From the NCBI GenBank assembly GCA_023213395.1, contig CM041465.1, positions 121,775,741 through 121,839,740 on the forward strand: a DNA stretch of 64,000 nt. Direction: 5' to 3'. The position numbers were made by a program, and so were the translations under genes. Under the pieces are notes generated by a model. The model had not been told where the DNA came from and ran no database searches. It was given only the letters and a program-made list of their open reading frames with translations. The stretch comes from Cycas panzhihuaensis (taxonomy: Eukaryota > Plantae > Cycadophyta). Shown piece by piece: positions 11,101-24,648 of the stretch. How positions within the stretch are numbered: position 1 is the stretch's first letter; each line of letters opens with the position of its first letter.

Positions 11101-13991
11101 TGCTTTTTTCTGCAAACGGTTTGTACATGGCCTGACTTGCCACAATAATGCTAGGTAACATTTTTGTTCAAGTTCATGTCTTCAAATTGTGTATTGATGT
11201 TTGAATTTTGAACTTGTTTCCCTTTGTGTCTTACTACTAAGGTTGTTGATGGCTCAAATGAGCTTGTCTCTCCCCGTCAAATGTGAATTTCTTCCTCTTG
11301 TAGTAGGAGACCTTCCGATTCATTGAATGTCATAGTTCTCGGTTCGTTATTTAAGAACAAATGGGAGATGAATCCATTGTACTCGTTAAGCAAGCAATTA
11401 ATAATGTTGGTTGCAAGGTCCCCATTTAAGACTAGTTTGCTAAGTGTAGCTAGTTGATTTTTTATTGTTTTGACAAGTATGAGATGAGAAGCAATAGTGC
11501 TTGCATATCGTAGCTTGATTAGTTTTGCTTTAAGCATTACTATTCTCAAGTTGTCTTTTCTTTCATACTAGGAGCAGATTATGTCAAGTGCTTCTTTTGA
11601 TGATGTGGCATGATCAATGTTTTGTTCGATATTGTCATTGACTAAGAGATGCAAGAAAACAAGTGCAATGTTTTCTTTGGTAGTAAAGACAGCTAATGCG
11701 GCTAGATTTGGAGAAAGAGGATTAGTTAGATCTGTTGGATTTTGCCTTGGTCTTTGCTTGGGGATGGTGCCTGATGTATAGGCCCAAAGGTTATTCATAA
11801 TCAATAGATTTTTAACTTGTTTTTTCCATTGCTTCCAGTAAGTTTTCTAGTACTTGCATTAAGGATAGACATGACCATGGTTTGGTTTCTAACTTGGCCC
11901 TTTGGGTATCATGCAAGATACCGATAAGTCATAAAATACAAATCCTAGTATTTGTTTAAGTTTGCCTCTAGTGTTTCACCACTTTGTGTTGAGAGAATTC
12001 TATCTAATGCATGTGTGCATTACATCCCATCTTGAACCTTGAGTTCTTGTAGGCGATGGGCAACTTATCAGCTTACAAACCAATGATAGATCTCCTCTAA
12101 GGGTGTTAATACTTAGAACCAAGGATTATAATAATGTAAACCTGGTCTCTTTATACCACCATTTTGTGGCACCTCATACCCCCTTGACTCTCATAGCTTG
12201 ATACATTGCTAGTAGTTAGGATCATGTATGGTCACTTTATTGCATGTGCATGAACAACAATCTTTGTGATTGTTATTATCGATGCACAAATGTTGGAATA
12301 ATAACAAAAAAAGGTACTAAAATGCAAGAAAAAAAGTGGCACATGCACCAAACATAAACTCGCAGGCTAGTAATTTGAAAAAGTTTTTTTTTCTTTTTTC
12401 TCTCTTTTTGAAGTGTTTTAAAATTTTTTGGTTAATAAATCACCTTAAAAAAAAAAAAAAGACAAAAAAAATAATTTAGGGAAGGGGCTCAAAATTGAAA
12501 AGCAAATAAGCTAGAAATATTGCAAAAGATATAATGTGTAATTTTGGAACTATGGGAAAAAATCAAAAAATTTTCTATATTTCGACTAGGCAACGAGAAT
12601 TTCTATGATTTCCTTTAATTTGCAAATCTTTTATCAGACTTTTGAAGGTTCAATCTCTGTCAAAGATTGTCACTCCACAAAAAGGATTGAGTTGTCACAT
12701 GGAAGGAAGAACACATGAGCAAAGTGCGCCAAATGTGTGAGCAATCATGGAAGGGCAGAATGCGCCATGGGAAGATTGAATGCGAGATGAGGGGCCATGA
12801 GACAGAAATGCCATAGCCATAGGCACAGAAGATATAGACGCCTAGCCATAAGAATCTTCGGAAGATTCATGGGAGATGCCACGCAAATAGTTGGAGACAC
12901 CACGAATGGGATAGAGACACAGGTCTTATAGAAAGAGTCAAACATCGGGATGTTCACAGGAGAGTGTCGAACATGAACAAAAATAAATCGCATAGAGAGT
13001 CATAGCACTATCTGACCACAAAATATTTAAACAATTTCTCCACAAAGAGGGATGCCATAGAGAGATGGGATTGTCACAGTCTGCACGAGATAGAGAAACA
13101 CCCAGAAGACAGTACAAAGAATAAAATGGCCATAATTTGTATTCATTAAACAAAGATGCTTAATGTCACTCAAACACCCAACACAAAGATTTAATGGAGA
13201 TGGGGAAAAAATTGTGAAGAAAATATTGATCCAGAAAATTCTAGTCAGTAGATTTGAGTTCAACTGGTCTGCTATCAAATGTGAGGAGTGAAAGAAGAGG
13301 GATTTGGCCTCAACTCCTCATGAAACACCAGGATCTGAAATAACACACACATATACAACAGTAATAAGAGTAGATGATGCCACATATGAGCTCAAAAGCA
13401 TGAAAAATGGAGGTGGTAGAATTGATCTACTCTTCAATAACTTGTATTCAATAACTCTTCAATAAACTGCATATATTCATGATACATTGTACAAGGGAGA
13501 ATGTCTCTAATAAATAGAATGAGAGGTTGTTCCCAGATACATGGGCTAAGCAACTAAGAAGAAATGTAATGAGAATTGTTGAAACTGGCATATTGGAAGA
13601 TCAATCGACCAAAAGAACCATAAGCAACTAAAAGAGAGATTGACCACTTTTTATACAATAGAGCTAGGCCACTATTCTTTTTTTGTGGATCAAAATAGAT
13701 ATTGGCGATAGCCCTTGAAAGAAGGGCAAGAGGTAAAGGGGTTTTTTTGCCTTGGGGTTTCAATGGAATATCTAGATAAACTGAATATGAGTATAATTAC
13801 ATGCATGTAGTGACAAGTGTCATTCATGAGGTGACAAGTGTCCTTCATGTAGTGACATGCACAAGAGGGAAACATGACCCTTAAGTTATAACTTAAAGTA
13901 CATCACTAGGAAAAGGTACACTTTATACTGTTAATATGAAGTGTCTCAATATTACATTCATGACTTGATGATTAAATGGAAAGTCTTAACA
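8142..13991 (-). mobile_element. Copia E: 5' LTR 13280-13991, degenerate PBS ~13266-13277, ~1.4-kb leader, gag from ~11878, PR, IN, RT; RNase H interrupted by B1 at 8141
   Basis: Copia domain order IN-RT; motifs DNGGEY, MNRTLV, KQAPRSWYAKID, VLYVDDLII, and DWADCQDNRR at the B1 junction. Confidence 0.88.
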
Positions 13992-15844
13992 TTGACAACC
14001 ATCTCGTTCAAACTTCATAGTATGTGCTTGGAAATTGATTTGAGAATCAAAAGCATGCAACTACTTTTGGCATAAAATAACATCATAGCAACTAGTATTC
14101 ATCACTTCAAAATCAATAATATCACTATATGATTGAATACATAATGGTACTTGTAGAGCATATATATCTATTGATAGAATTAATGATTTATTCATTAATT
14201 CATTTTGATATAATTTATAATTGCAATATAAATACGAGTCACTTTAGTAACATAATGTTATAAAGTGCAAATGTATGTTGTAACTTGAAGTTGTGAATTC
14301 TAGTTGAGGGGCTAAAAGCCCACTTTCACCAATGCGAACATGAGTGACACTTGGTCACCATGCAAACAGTCTCTCATGCATGTGCGCCACTTGTCCACCA
14401 TGCTTGACCATTGTACTTGCTATATATTGAGCACTTCTCTTGGCAATTGTACATAATGGATTATTGAGAGGGTTTATGCTATGTAAGTTTTGTTTATGCT
14501 AATGAAAGGTTGTTTTGGGGTTCAAACATAATTTCTGCCCCTCCAATTTTTCATGCTTTGATCATGTTAATGTGATTGTGGCTGTCTATTTTTAATGATT
14601 TAGATCCTGATAGTGAAAATAACAAATTTGTTTTCTCTCGTTTGATATCAAAGCAAGCTATTTTTTTATTATTTTTAATGATTTTTTAGTGCATTTATTC
14701 ACTATTTTCTGCTAACCCTTCTTATAGAATTGTGGTTGGATATCATCAGGCATCTGTTGACTTATCTACTCCAAATCCAAGGTCTTTTTATATTACACTC
14801 TCCATTTTTAGTGTATGGTTGTCACAACTACCATACTTTGGCCATGCACCCAAAAAATATCATTTCGGTCATGCAACCTCCTGCAAATAGTGATCTAGTG
14901 TCATCCATTGATAATGTATTACCCATTAGCTTTAACTTATTTCTAATTTGTCCCATTCCAATCACCTTGCCACATTGGACTTGGCCTGGTTCAACGAGGC
15001 AGTTTAATCAGTCTTTTTGTCCTCTTTCACACTCTGGTTTCTAGATTTTGCCATATGGGATTGGGTTTGACAACAGCTTCCTTTTCAGGGGGATGCCATC
15101 AAACCCCAAGGTGGTTCTTAATTCTATAAACCTTGATGACCAGTAGTGTCATCTAAGTCCTCTATTGAGGGACTTCTGTTGCAAGAGGAGTGTATCTTAA
15201 ATAGACTTGGAGATCCTAGTTCTTCCTCATCAACCCCTACTTTAGTTGCACATCATAAAGGAAGACAATAATGACCAAATTTGAGCCAACAGTTTGGCTC
15301 AATGAATTTGAACTAATAACAACCATGACAGCGATAGACAAATCAAATAGTTTGTCACTATTGTGGCAAACTCGGACACACAATACCAAAATGCAAGAAA
15401 AAGAGGGCCGACCACCACCACCACCAAGAACAATAGAATTGCTCAGCAAATCGAAGCAATCCTAATCATAGCCACACTAACTTCTAAGGAAATAGAAGAC
15501 TGAATTAGAATGCCCAAACCACCAATCAGGGCTATGCACTAAATCAAAATCGTAACCAGAGAAGGAATTAGAATCAAGGAAGCCACATGATTGATTCCCG
15601 TATTTTGTTCTACGCTGCTTCTACAGCTCACACCGTTGATGAATCCTGGTTGATAGATTCTAGAGCCTCTCGACACATGACCAGTTCTAAAGACTTGCTT
15701 ACAAACACCATGCCAGTGAAAAACCAATCTGTGACATTTGGTGATGATGTTGTACTTGAGATTGTCAAGATTGGCTATGCTCCCATTTCATTGACAAATT
15801 CTAATATCAAGCATCACCTAAACAATGTCTTCTATGTACCTAGG

Positions 15845-16079
15845 AATAAAAAAGATAACAAATGAGACTCAATTTAGTACCATATGGATTTGCCACACTG
15901 GATTTGTACTAACAAATGAAAAATGTAATCTAGCTACATTTTTTAGGTTACAAAAAATGTAATGTTTGATGAAGAATGGATTATGATTGCATTCTATATT
16001 CACAAAATATATGAGAATACAAATAAAATGCAATCAATCAGAATTATCACATTTTATGAATAAGATCATGTTTTGACTT

Positions 16080-16121
<42 letters not shown>

Positions 16122-16651
16122 GAGAGAGAGAGAGAGAGAGGCTCAAATAGATATGGATATATCCCATCCTTATAAAAGGATATACTTCCAAAGCTTGATC
16201 TCCACCAAACCCTATATGGTTGTTTCACCTATAAATCTTGTCATCCTTTCATTTTCTTTTATTTTAGTCTTACTTATCTTTCAAGCCACTAGTCCCACCA
16301 TGCTCTCCTTTCACAAGACATGGTGGGATCCCTTAGCCTCCTCCTACGCTTAGAAGTTCTAGAGGGGCCCTTTGTTGGAGGAGAGGGGTAGTAAATGGTC
16401 TACAAAGATCCTTTAATAGCAATTGCTAAAAATTTGCTATTATTACATGAGAACTCTTTATATGGAAGACTTGTTGCGAGGTCATTATACGCACACTTCT
16501 TCATGTTGTAGATCATTGGTTGACCAAGTGGCTCTTCAATTATAATTGGACAACTAGGTGGTAATATGTATTATAAATATGTATTAGTTTGGTATAATAC
16601 GATTGGAAATGGCTATTTCCCACAAGCATATTACATTGTATATTTGTACAT
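15845..16651. mobile_element. Unclassified ~0.8-kb non-coding insertion in the copia F protease region
   Basis: Splits NVFYVPR|MTRNLLSVSQ; contains a (TA)(TG)(AG) microsatellite and a 10-bp hairpin; no TIR or TSD recognised. Confidence 0.6.
16080..16140. repeat. (TA)n(TG)n(AG)n compound microsatellite
   Basis: Direct reading. Confidence 0.95.
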
Positions 16652-18019
16652 ATGACAAGAAACTTGTTATCCGTTAGTCAAATAAATAAGCAAAAGTTTG
16701 ATGTGTTATTTAGTGACCTTGGTAAATGCTTCATCAGTGATATTAATGGCAATGTGGTTGCAACCAAATATGAGAATCATGGATTTTACAAGTTGGATGC
16801 CACATCAACATCTACATTTTTGCATGGGGATACTAGCAACTATAGTAATTCTATTTCAGCTGCTAAAAAACAGCGTGCACCTGCTACTCAGTCACTTCCC
16901 AAAGACCAATTATGGCATCAACGCCTCAGCCATCTGAATATGAACATCCTTCAACTGCTATTCAAATTGAATACGGTGCATGGTTTGCCAAAAATTAAAC
17001 AAACTAAATGTCTTTGTGGATCTTGCATTATGGGAAAGCATCATAGAGCACCCTTCAAATCCAATGGCAATGTTTGGCATGCTCAAGAACCATTGGGCCT
17101 TGTTTATGCAGACATTTGTGAACCCGTGTCATAAGGATCAATTAATGGTTGTCGTTTTTTCATTACCTTTATTGATGATTTTTCTTGCAAGGTTTGGGTC
17201 TACTTCCTAAAACAGAAATTAGAAGCTTTTGAAAAATTTAAAGAATTCAAAATTTGAGCTAAACTAGAATCTGGCATGCCACTCAAAATCCTTCATTGTA
17301 ACAATGGTGGTGAATATACCTCACAATAATTTACCAAATTTTGTAAGGATAATGGCATCAAATGGTAGTTCTCTGCCCCCTACACTCTTCAACAAAATGG
17401 AGTTGTTGAGAGGATGAATTAGACCTTGGTCAGCAAAGGCAAGGCCATATTTGTTGTCAAAAATCTTGGACTTCATTTCTAGGCTAAAACAATCAACATT
17501 GTTGCATATCTCACCAACAGGAGTCCCACCAAGGCACTTAAGGATATCACACCTAATGAGGCTTGATCAAGTCAAAAGTCTACAGTCTTAGATTTGCAAA
17601 CTTTTTGATGTACTATATATATGCACATTCCAAAAGAACAAAAGAAGAAATAGGATGACAAAAGCAAGAATTGCATCTTCATTGGATACATGCCTAGATG
17701 CAAAACCTACAAACTATATGATCTTGCTACACGACAAATGCATACATCTTGGGATGTCATTTTTTTCGAAGAGAATCAAGAATTGGGTCCATAACAAATT
17801 TCATTCCCTATTGATGATTTTATAACAACTGCTAGTCCTTATCTAGCCATTGAAAATGTTCCTGCAGTAACTGTGGCCCCATTAGCTCCATCCACATCAT
17901 ATTCTCTTGGCTCTTCATCTACACCGAGTCCCTCTACTTCTCCATCAATTCCTTCAAAAGAGCTTCAAGTAGAGGTCACCTCAAAACAACTACCAAAATG
18001 ATATTTGCAAACAATTGCT

Positions 18020-21000
18020 TGATCCAAATTTGAATGGAAAAGTGAAGACTTAGTCCAATTGAAACAAATCTAGGGCAATATACAATAATGATACACTATA
18101 TTTGAAAATATTTTTATTTTCTTACAAAAATTCCATATTTTTGCGCTCTATTGAGCATGAACAGGATTGCTACAGCAATTTGGGAGTGGAGATATGTGTG
18201 TTGGGTGCATTTCGAAAGGCTACGTACTCTTTAGTACCTTTACCAGTGATTTACGTATGAAGATTTGGCTGTTGTTCAGCCACAAACCCTTTCTTGGAGA
18301 AGATTTTTGCTTGGGCATCTTCTTTAGACTGCTACAATTGGTTTTCTTCCTCCTTTGGCTGCATCTAAGCCTTGTTAGGCTTCTTTCCCACAAACAGATC
18401 TGGGCACTTTTCTTCTACTCCTTCCGTCTATTTTTCTTCTGCACTTTTTTTTCTCTGTTTCTTCTCCGCAATCTTTAGTTTGGAGCCATTTTTCGTTTTT
18501 GGGAAGCTATTTTGCATTATCTCCCCACAATTCTTGCTCCTCCTGCTGCGCCTACAATTGTTGGGCATCCTTCCTCCTATTTCTGAACAAATTCGGGCAG
18601 ATTTAAAACCCTGCCATGCTTGTTTCTTCCTAAAATGTTTTTTCCGTTCTTGGTTTTTCAACCAACATTTTGATCGGTTGAGAAACTAACTTAAAACTGT
18701 TTAATCTAAGGTTTCTTTCTTTTATTATGTAGAGGACATATGTAAAATCATCCTCCTAAATTTTCGTGCCAAACAGAATCCTTTTCCTCCGTCAAAATCC
18801 ATTTTTCTCGTCTGTTTTTCCATTTTTACGTTTTTTGGTTGCACTTGTTGGTCGCAATGGTTGCACCAACAGGTCGTCTGGTTGCATCGACAGGTTGTCT
18901 AGTTGCACCAACAGACTTCTTGGTTGCACCAGAATTGCATTTTTTTCTAATTTTTAAGCATCTAGCTGACATTTTTCTGCCAAATGAAGGTTAGAAACAT
19001 AAAAATAAATATTACCAATGCATTTTATACTCATTTTGAAGAGTATTAAGAAATTAATAGATCCGAAAATGAATCAGAACTCCCTTTTTTTAGGAGTTCA
19101 TGGCCTCATGAACCTTATAGTTGTAGATGAGGGAATTTGATTCTTCCCTTTTTCCTGTTGTACCATTTTGCTTTGCTCGGCACTTGTCCTTTCTCTGCAA
19201 TTCTTAAGGACTCAATGATGCCTCTTCTGATCATGGTCTGCTTCTTTTGAAGAATGCAATCATTTTGCATTGGTTCTTCTTTCTCCACTCGCAACTCTTC
19301 TGGATTTGGCAAAAGTGGAACTCCACCTACATCTTCACCTTGCAATCTTTTCTTACTGAGATGCAACCAAACTCTATCTCTTTCCTTGAAGGAATGGTTG
19401 GTTCTATGTGCATCATGCTTATGTTTATATCTTTGCTGAGATTTTTGAAGGTGCTCCTCAACCTGTTGATGAATTTTTCCGATTCTTTCCAAGAATCTTT
19501 GTGCCTTCTCTTCTCCTTCTTCCTCCTTTCCATTTCCTGTAGAAAGTTGAGTTGAAAATTCTAAATCAAATGGACTTGCAGGCAGAAATCCCAAACATAC
19601 TTCAAATGGTGATTGCAGGTATGCGAGACTTTCATCCCAAGTCTTAGGATGCTTGGCATTGTATCCTCGTAACAATTGCACCAACGTCATTTTGATGACT
19701 TCAGTCTGGCCATCTATTTGAGGATGAAAGGCCGTGCTTATCTTCAACTTCGGGTTCATCATTCCCCAAAGCGTTTGCCAAAAATGGCTCAGAAATCTAC
19801 TGTCTCGATCAGAAATGATTGAGTTGGGAAGTCCAAAATGCTTCCAAACATGCTGGAAAAACAATGTAGCCATGTCTTCTCCTGTATGTGCCTTCCTATA
19901 GGGAATCAACACCACCATTTTACTGAATCAATCAACAACTACAAATAAATAATCCATACCATTTTTGGTCCGTGGTAGTCCTCCGAGGAAATCCATGGAG
20001 ATACTCTCCCATGGTTGCAATGGAACAGGAAGTGGAGAGTACAATCCAAACTTCCTATTGGTCGGCTTTGATGTGCTACACAATGTACATCCTCATACTG
20101 TTGTAGTCACGTCGCGCTGCATATTGGGCCAATACATATATCGCTGCAAATTCAGCAATGTTTTTCCCACTCTGAAGTGTCATGCAACTCAAGAGGTGTG
20201 AGCTTCTCTTACCCACTTCATTCAGTCTGCATGCTTTGGAATGCAAAGCTTGTCTTACTTGAAGAGTAGGCCATCTTTCAGCTAAAATCAGCAACTACGT
20301 TTCCCTATTGTAGCTGCTCCAAGATAGGCTTGAATGTCTCATCTTCCAAGTACAAATCATCATATTCATCATGGCAAAAAGGCTGAAATTGCATAGCTAC
20401 TGGCAAGCTAGAAATACCTTGCTGTTGAAGAGGTTTGGACAACAAGTCTACAATTTTGTTTGTTGTGCCTTTCTTGTATTTGACCACGATGTGAAACTGC
20501 TACAAATAAGATATCCACTTCATGTGCCTGGCCTACTGCAATTTGGACTGAGTCTGCAAGAATTGCAAAGGCTTGTGGTTGGTGTGGATGACCACCTCTT
20601 TTCCCAACAAATAGGGTCTCCAATGCTTGGTAGCAGTGCAGTGCATAGAGCTCCTTATTGTAAGTTGGGTAGTTTATGACAACTCCATTAAATGTCTCTG
20701 AATGGTATACTATCGGTCTTCCCTCTTTCTTCAACACTGCTCCCATGGCATAGCCTAAAGCATCAGTCTCCAACTCAAATGGTTTATGCAACGTGGGTCA
20801 GGCTAACACTGGTGCCTCACAGATTTTCTGCTTCAAAAGCCTAAAAGCTTTCTCTTGTTCATTCCCCCAAATAAAACTTTGCATATCCTCCCGTCAATGC
20901 ATGAAGAGGTGCTACAATTTGAGGGAATTTAAAAATATATTTTCTTAAATATTGACATGCACCAATGAAACTTCTTACCTTTGTGGTTGTCTTGGGTGTG

Positions 21001-24000
21001 GGCTAATTGAGAATGACTCTAGTCTTTGCTGGGTCAATCTTCAATTCTCCTCCTCCAACTACAAAACCCAAGAAGACGAGAGATTGCTTTCCAAACTCGC
21101 ACTTCTTCAAGTTAAGTTTCAGTTGCTTCTTTTGAAGGACTTTGAGTACTTGCTCGACATGTTGGAGGTGCTCCTCCCAAGTATGGCTAAAAATTAGAAT
21201 ATCATCCAAATAGACAATTACAAAGTCATCAATGAAAGGTCTTAATACCTCATTCATTAACCTCATGTAGGTGGCAGGTGCATTGCACAAACCAAAGGGC
21301 ATCACCATCCATTTGAGCAATCCTTGCTTCAATTTGAAGGCTATCTTCCAAGTACCCTCCTCCCGGATTCAAACCTGATGATAGCCTGATTTCAAGTCCA
21401 ACTTGCTGAAATATCTTGCGAACTGCAGCTGGTCCAACAAGTCACCTATCCATGGTAGGGGATGTCGATTCTTTATGGTGATCTTGTTCAAAGCCGGGTA
21501 GTCAATGCACATTCTCCATCCTCCATCTTTCTTTAGCACCAAAATAATAGGTGAACCACATAGGGAACAACTTGGCTTGATCACTTCTTGCTCCAAGAGT
21601 TCTTAAATCTGCCTCTTAATCTCTTCATTTTCCAAAAGTAAGTTTTCATAGAGACTAAGATTGGGTAAAGGTGAATCGGCAATCAACTGGATTTCATGTT
21701 CAATTGCCCTCTTAGGGGGCATCCCTTTTGGCTCCTAGAATACGTCATTGTATCTATTCCTTAGGCCTTCAATCTGTTGCACTTGTTTCCTATTCAACGC
21801 CTACATTGAGGACTTTGTTTTCTCTTTTTCTTCCACCTTTTGCTTCACCATCAGCAGCACAAATTTCCCACAAGCATTAATCATTCTTTTCGCTTGTTGG
21901 GAGGATATGAGGGAGATCTTCTTTTACGGCTTTGATGCATTGATCAAATACAATTTCTCGTCCTTGATGAGTCGAATCTTTCTTAGCCTCCTATGATGGA
22001 TTCCATCTCTATCATAGAGATATGAGCTGCCAAACACAACTTGACAAACATCCAAAGGAACTACCTCACATTCAACTTCATCAATGAACTTTTCAGAAAT
22101 TGCAAATTTAAATTTACATTGGTGAGTAACCTGCAACTCTGAATCTTTTTGCAGCCATCTAAGAGGATATGGTTTTGGATGTGCATGCATCTTTAATTCC
22201 AACTTCTTTACTAATGCTTATGAGATTAAGTTCTTTTGGCTCCCTCCATCAAAGATGGCATCGACCATGCTTTGCTTCACTTGGATTCTTACCATGAAGA
22301 GCTCCTCTCTAATCTCTGGATCAATTTGTTGATGGTTGTTTTTGGGCTCCGCATTGGCCATGAGCATCAGCTTCTCATTGGCTCCTTCAGTGCCGCAAAC
22401 GTTTTCATCTCCTACAGAGTTAAGTAAAGCTTTACCTTCAACTTTGGCTTTACCTTTTCCCTTGTTCTTAGGCCGCTTCTCCAGATGTAAGAACCAACAA
22501 TCTTCTAGGCTGTGACCCGCTTGCTTGTAATGCGTGCAAGTGACTTTGATTTGAGTGGTATTGGTTTGTTTCTTCTTACCAAAACCCCCAATCAAGTGAT
22601 AACCAATTTTTCTTGGAAACTTCTTTCCTTGGGCAGGTTTGTTGCTACCTTCTTGAGATGCAAACCTTTTTCGTCCTACGTACACCTTCTTGTTCCCTTT
22701 TTCTATGGTGATTGCTTTCTTGCTGGTTTCATCGAGCAATTTAACTTCAAACAATTGAAATTCCTGCTAAATATGCTGGTGCGGCCCTCCAATATACTTC
22801 AGCATGATGTCTTTACCCAGTAAAGAGATACCCAACACAACAACTTGCTTTTGAAATTTTGTTGTGTAGTGTTGGACATTCTGGCCTCTTTCCTGACAGT
22901 AATACTGCCATTTAATCCTCTGTTACTTTTCATACCCAATAGGGTAGAATTGCTTCTTTATGAGGATTTTAAAATGCTGCCATGTGATTTCAGTTGCATT
23001 ATGGGATTTAAGGTATACATTCCACCAAACTAATGTATGCTTAGATAATTTTAACCTAGCAGAAGTAATTTTTTGTTGGTTTTTATACCCATACATTGAA
23101 AAATATGTTTATAGTTGGTCCAACCATCTAACTTTTCAGCATTTGGGGTTCCATCATAGATGGGCAAGTTTAGTTTCGCCTTTACCTTGAATGGATGCAT
23201 TGTTATTAACGGACTTTCATCTTCTTCCTCTTTAGCTTGTTGGTCTTCTACAGGTTCTTCATTTGTTTCTTCTTTTACTAGTTCACCTTCTTTCTTCTTC
23301 TTGCCTTTAGTTGTTGAAGAAGTTGCCCCTTGTTGAAAAATTAATTGCGCCACAAGTTGAGTTACCCTGTCGAAGTTTTGCTCCATTTTCATGAATCTTT
23401 TCTCCATCTTTTGCTTCAGTTCAACCATCTTCCTTCACTATCTACGTTCCCTCTCAAGCGGTTCAGTCAAAGATTCGTCAGTCAACAAATATTGAAACCT
23501 AGTTTTCATAAAATCTTCTTTGCACAACAAAACAAGAAGTTTTTTTTTTTACTTTTCTTCAAAAATCCTTAAATTCCCAAGGGTTTCAAGAAACTAAGCT
23601 CTGATACCAAAAATATTGATCCAAATTTAAATGAAGAAGTGAAGACTTAGTCCAATTAAAACAAATTTAGGGCAATATACAATAATGATACATTATATTT
23701 GAAAATATTTTGATTTCTTACAAAAATTCTATATTTTTGTGCTCTATTGAGCATGAACAGGACTGCTACAGTAATTTGGGAGTGGAGGAATATGTGTTGG
23801 GCACATTTCGGGCAGCTGCATACTCTTTGGTACCTTTACCAGTGATCTACGTATAACAATTTGGCTGTTGTTCAACCACAAACCCTTTCTTGGAGAAGAT
23901 TTCTTCCTGGGCGTCTTCTTTAGACTGCTACACCTGGTTTTCTTCCTCCTTTGGCTGCGTCTAAGCCTTCTTAGGCTTCTTCAATGCCCTCACGAACAGA

Positions 24001-24648
24001 TCTAGGCACTTCTCTTCTGCTCCTTCTGTCGTTTTTTCCTCTGCACCTCTGTTTCTCTTCCGCAATCTTTAGTTTGAAGCCATTCTTTTTCTTTGGGAAG
24101 CTACTCTGCGTTATCTCCCCATGATTCTTGCTCCTCTTGCTACGTCTATATTTATTGGGCATCCTTCCTCCCATTTCTTAACAAATCCGGGCATATTTAA
24201 TACCCTGCCATGTTTGTTTCTTCCTAAAATGATTTTTCTATTTTTGTTTTTCAACCAACATTTTGATCATTTGAAAAACTAACCTAAAAGTGTTTAATCT
24301 AGGGTTTCTTTCTTTTATTATGTAGAGGACATATGTAAAATCATCCTCCTAAATTTTTGTGTCAAACGGAATCCTTTTCCTCCGTCAAAATTTATTTTTC
24401 CCGTTTGTTTTTCCGTTTTTTCATTTTTTGGTTGCACCTATTAGTCGCAATGGTTGCACCGACAAGTCGTCTGGTTGCACTGGCAGATTTCTTGGTTGCA
24501 CCAAAATTGTATTTTTTTTTTATTTTTAAGCATCTAGTTGACATTTTTCTGCCAAATGAAGGTTAGAAACATAAAAATAAATATTACCAATACATTTTAT
24601 ACTCATTTTGAAGAGTATTAAGAAATTAATAGATACGAAAATGGATCA
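18020..24648 (-). mobile_element. Gypsy G (CRM-like chromovirus) with both LTRs (3' 18020-19076, 5' 23617-24648), PBS-Met 23598-23609, PPT ~19081-19091, degenerate gag-pol 23428-19115
   Basis: Perfect TSD TTGCT (18015-18019, 24649-24653); TGATCCA...TGGATCA termini; AIFDGGSQKNLIS, HPKPYPLRWLQ, VYLDDILIFS, FELETDALGY and IISDRDSRFLSHFW motifs. Confidence 0.95.

Noticed and set aside
12060-12075. CTGATAAG on the minus strand as a hammerhead ribozyme core
   Set aside because: It deviates from CUGANGA, and I could not place GAAA/NUH with stems I-III. No retrozyme is supported.
13800-13862. Short ~20-bp repeat (CATGTAGTGACAAGTGTC) in the E LTR, and loose repeats at 12680-13120
   Set aside because: Ordinary LTR and leader repeats with no further supporting signal.
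18167-18957. Several 60-105-aa ORFs in the G LTRs, and Phe/Leu- or Tyr-rich ORFs elsewhere (36764, 44121, 52755, 57187)
   Set aside because: Antisense or low-complexity by-products of purine-rich, AT-rich or microsatellite sequence.
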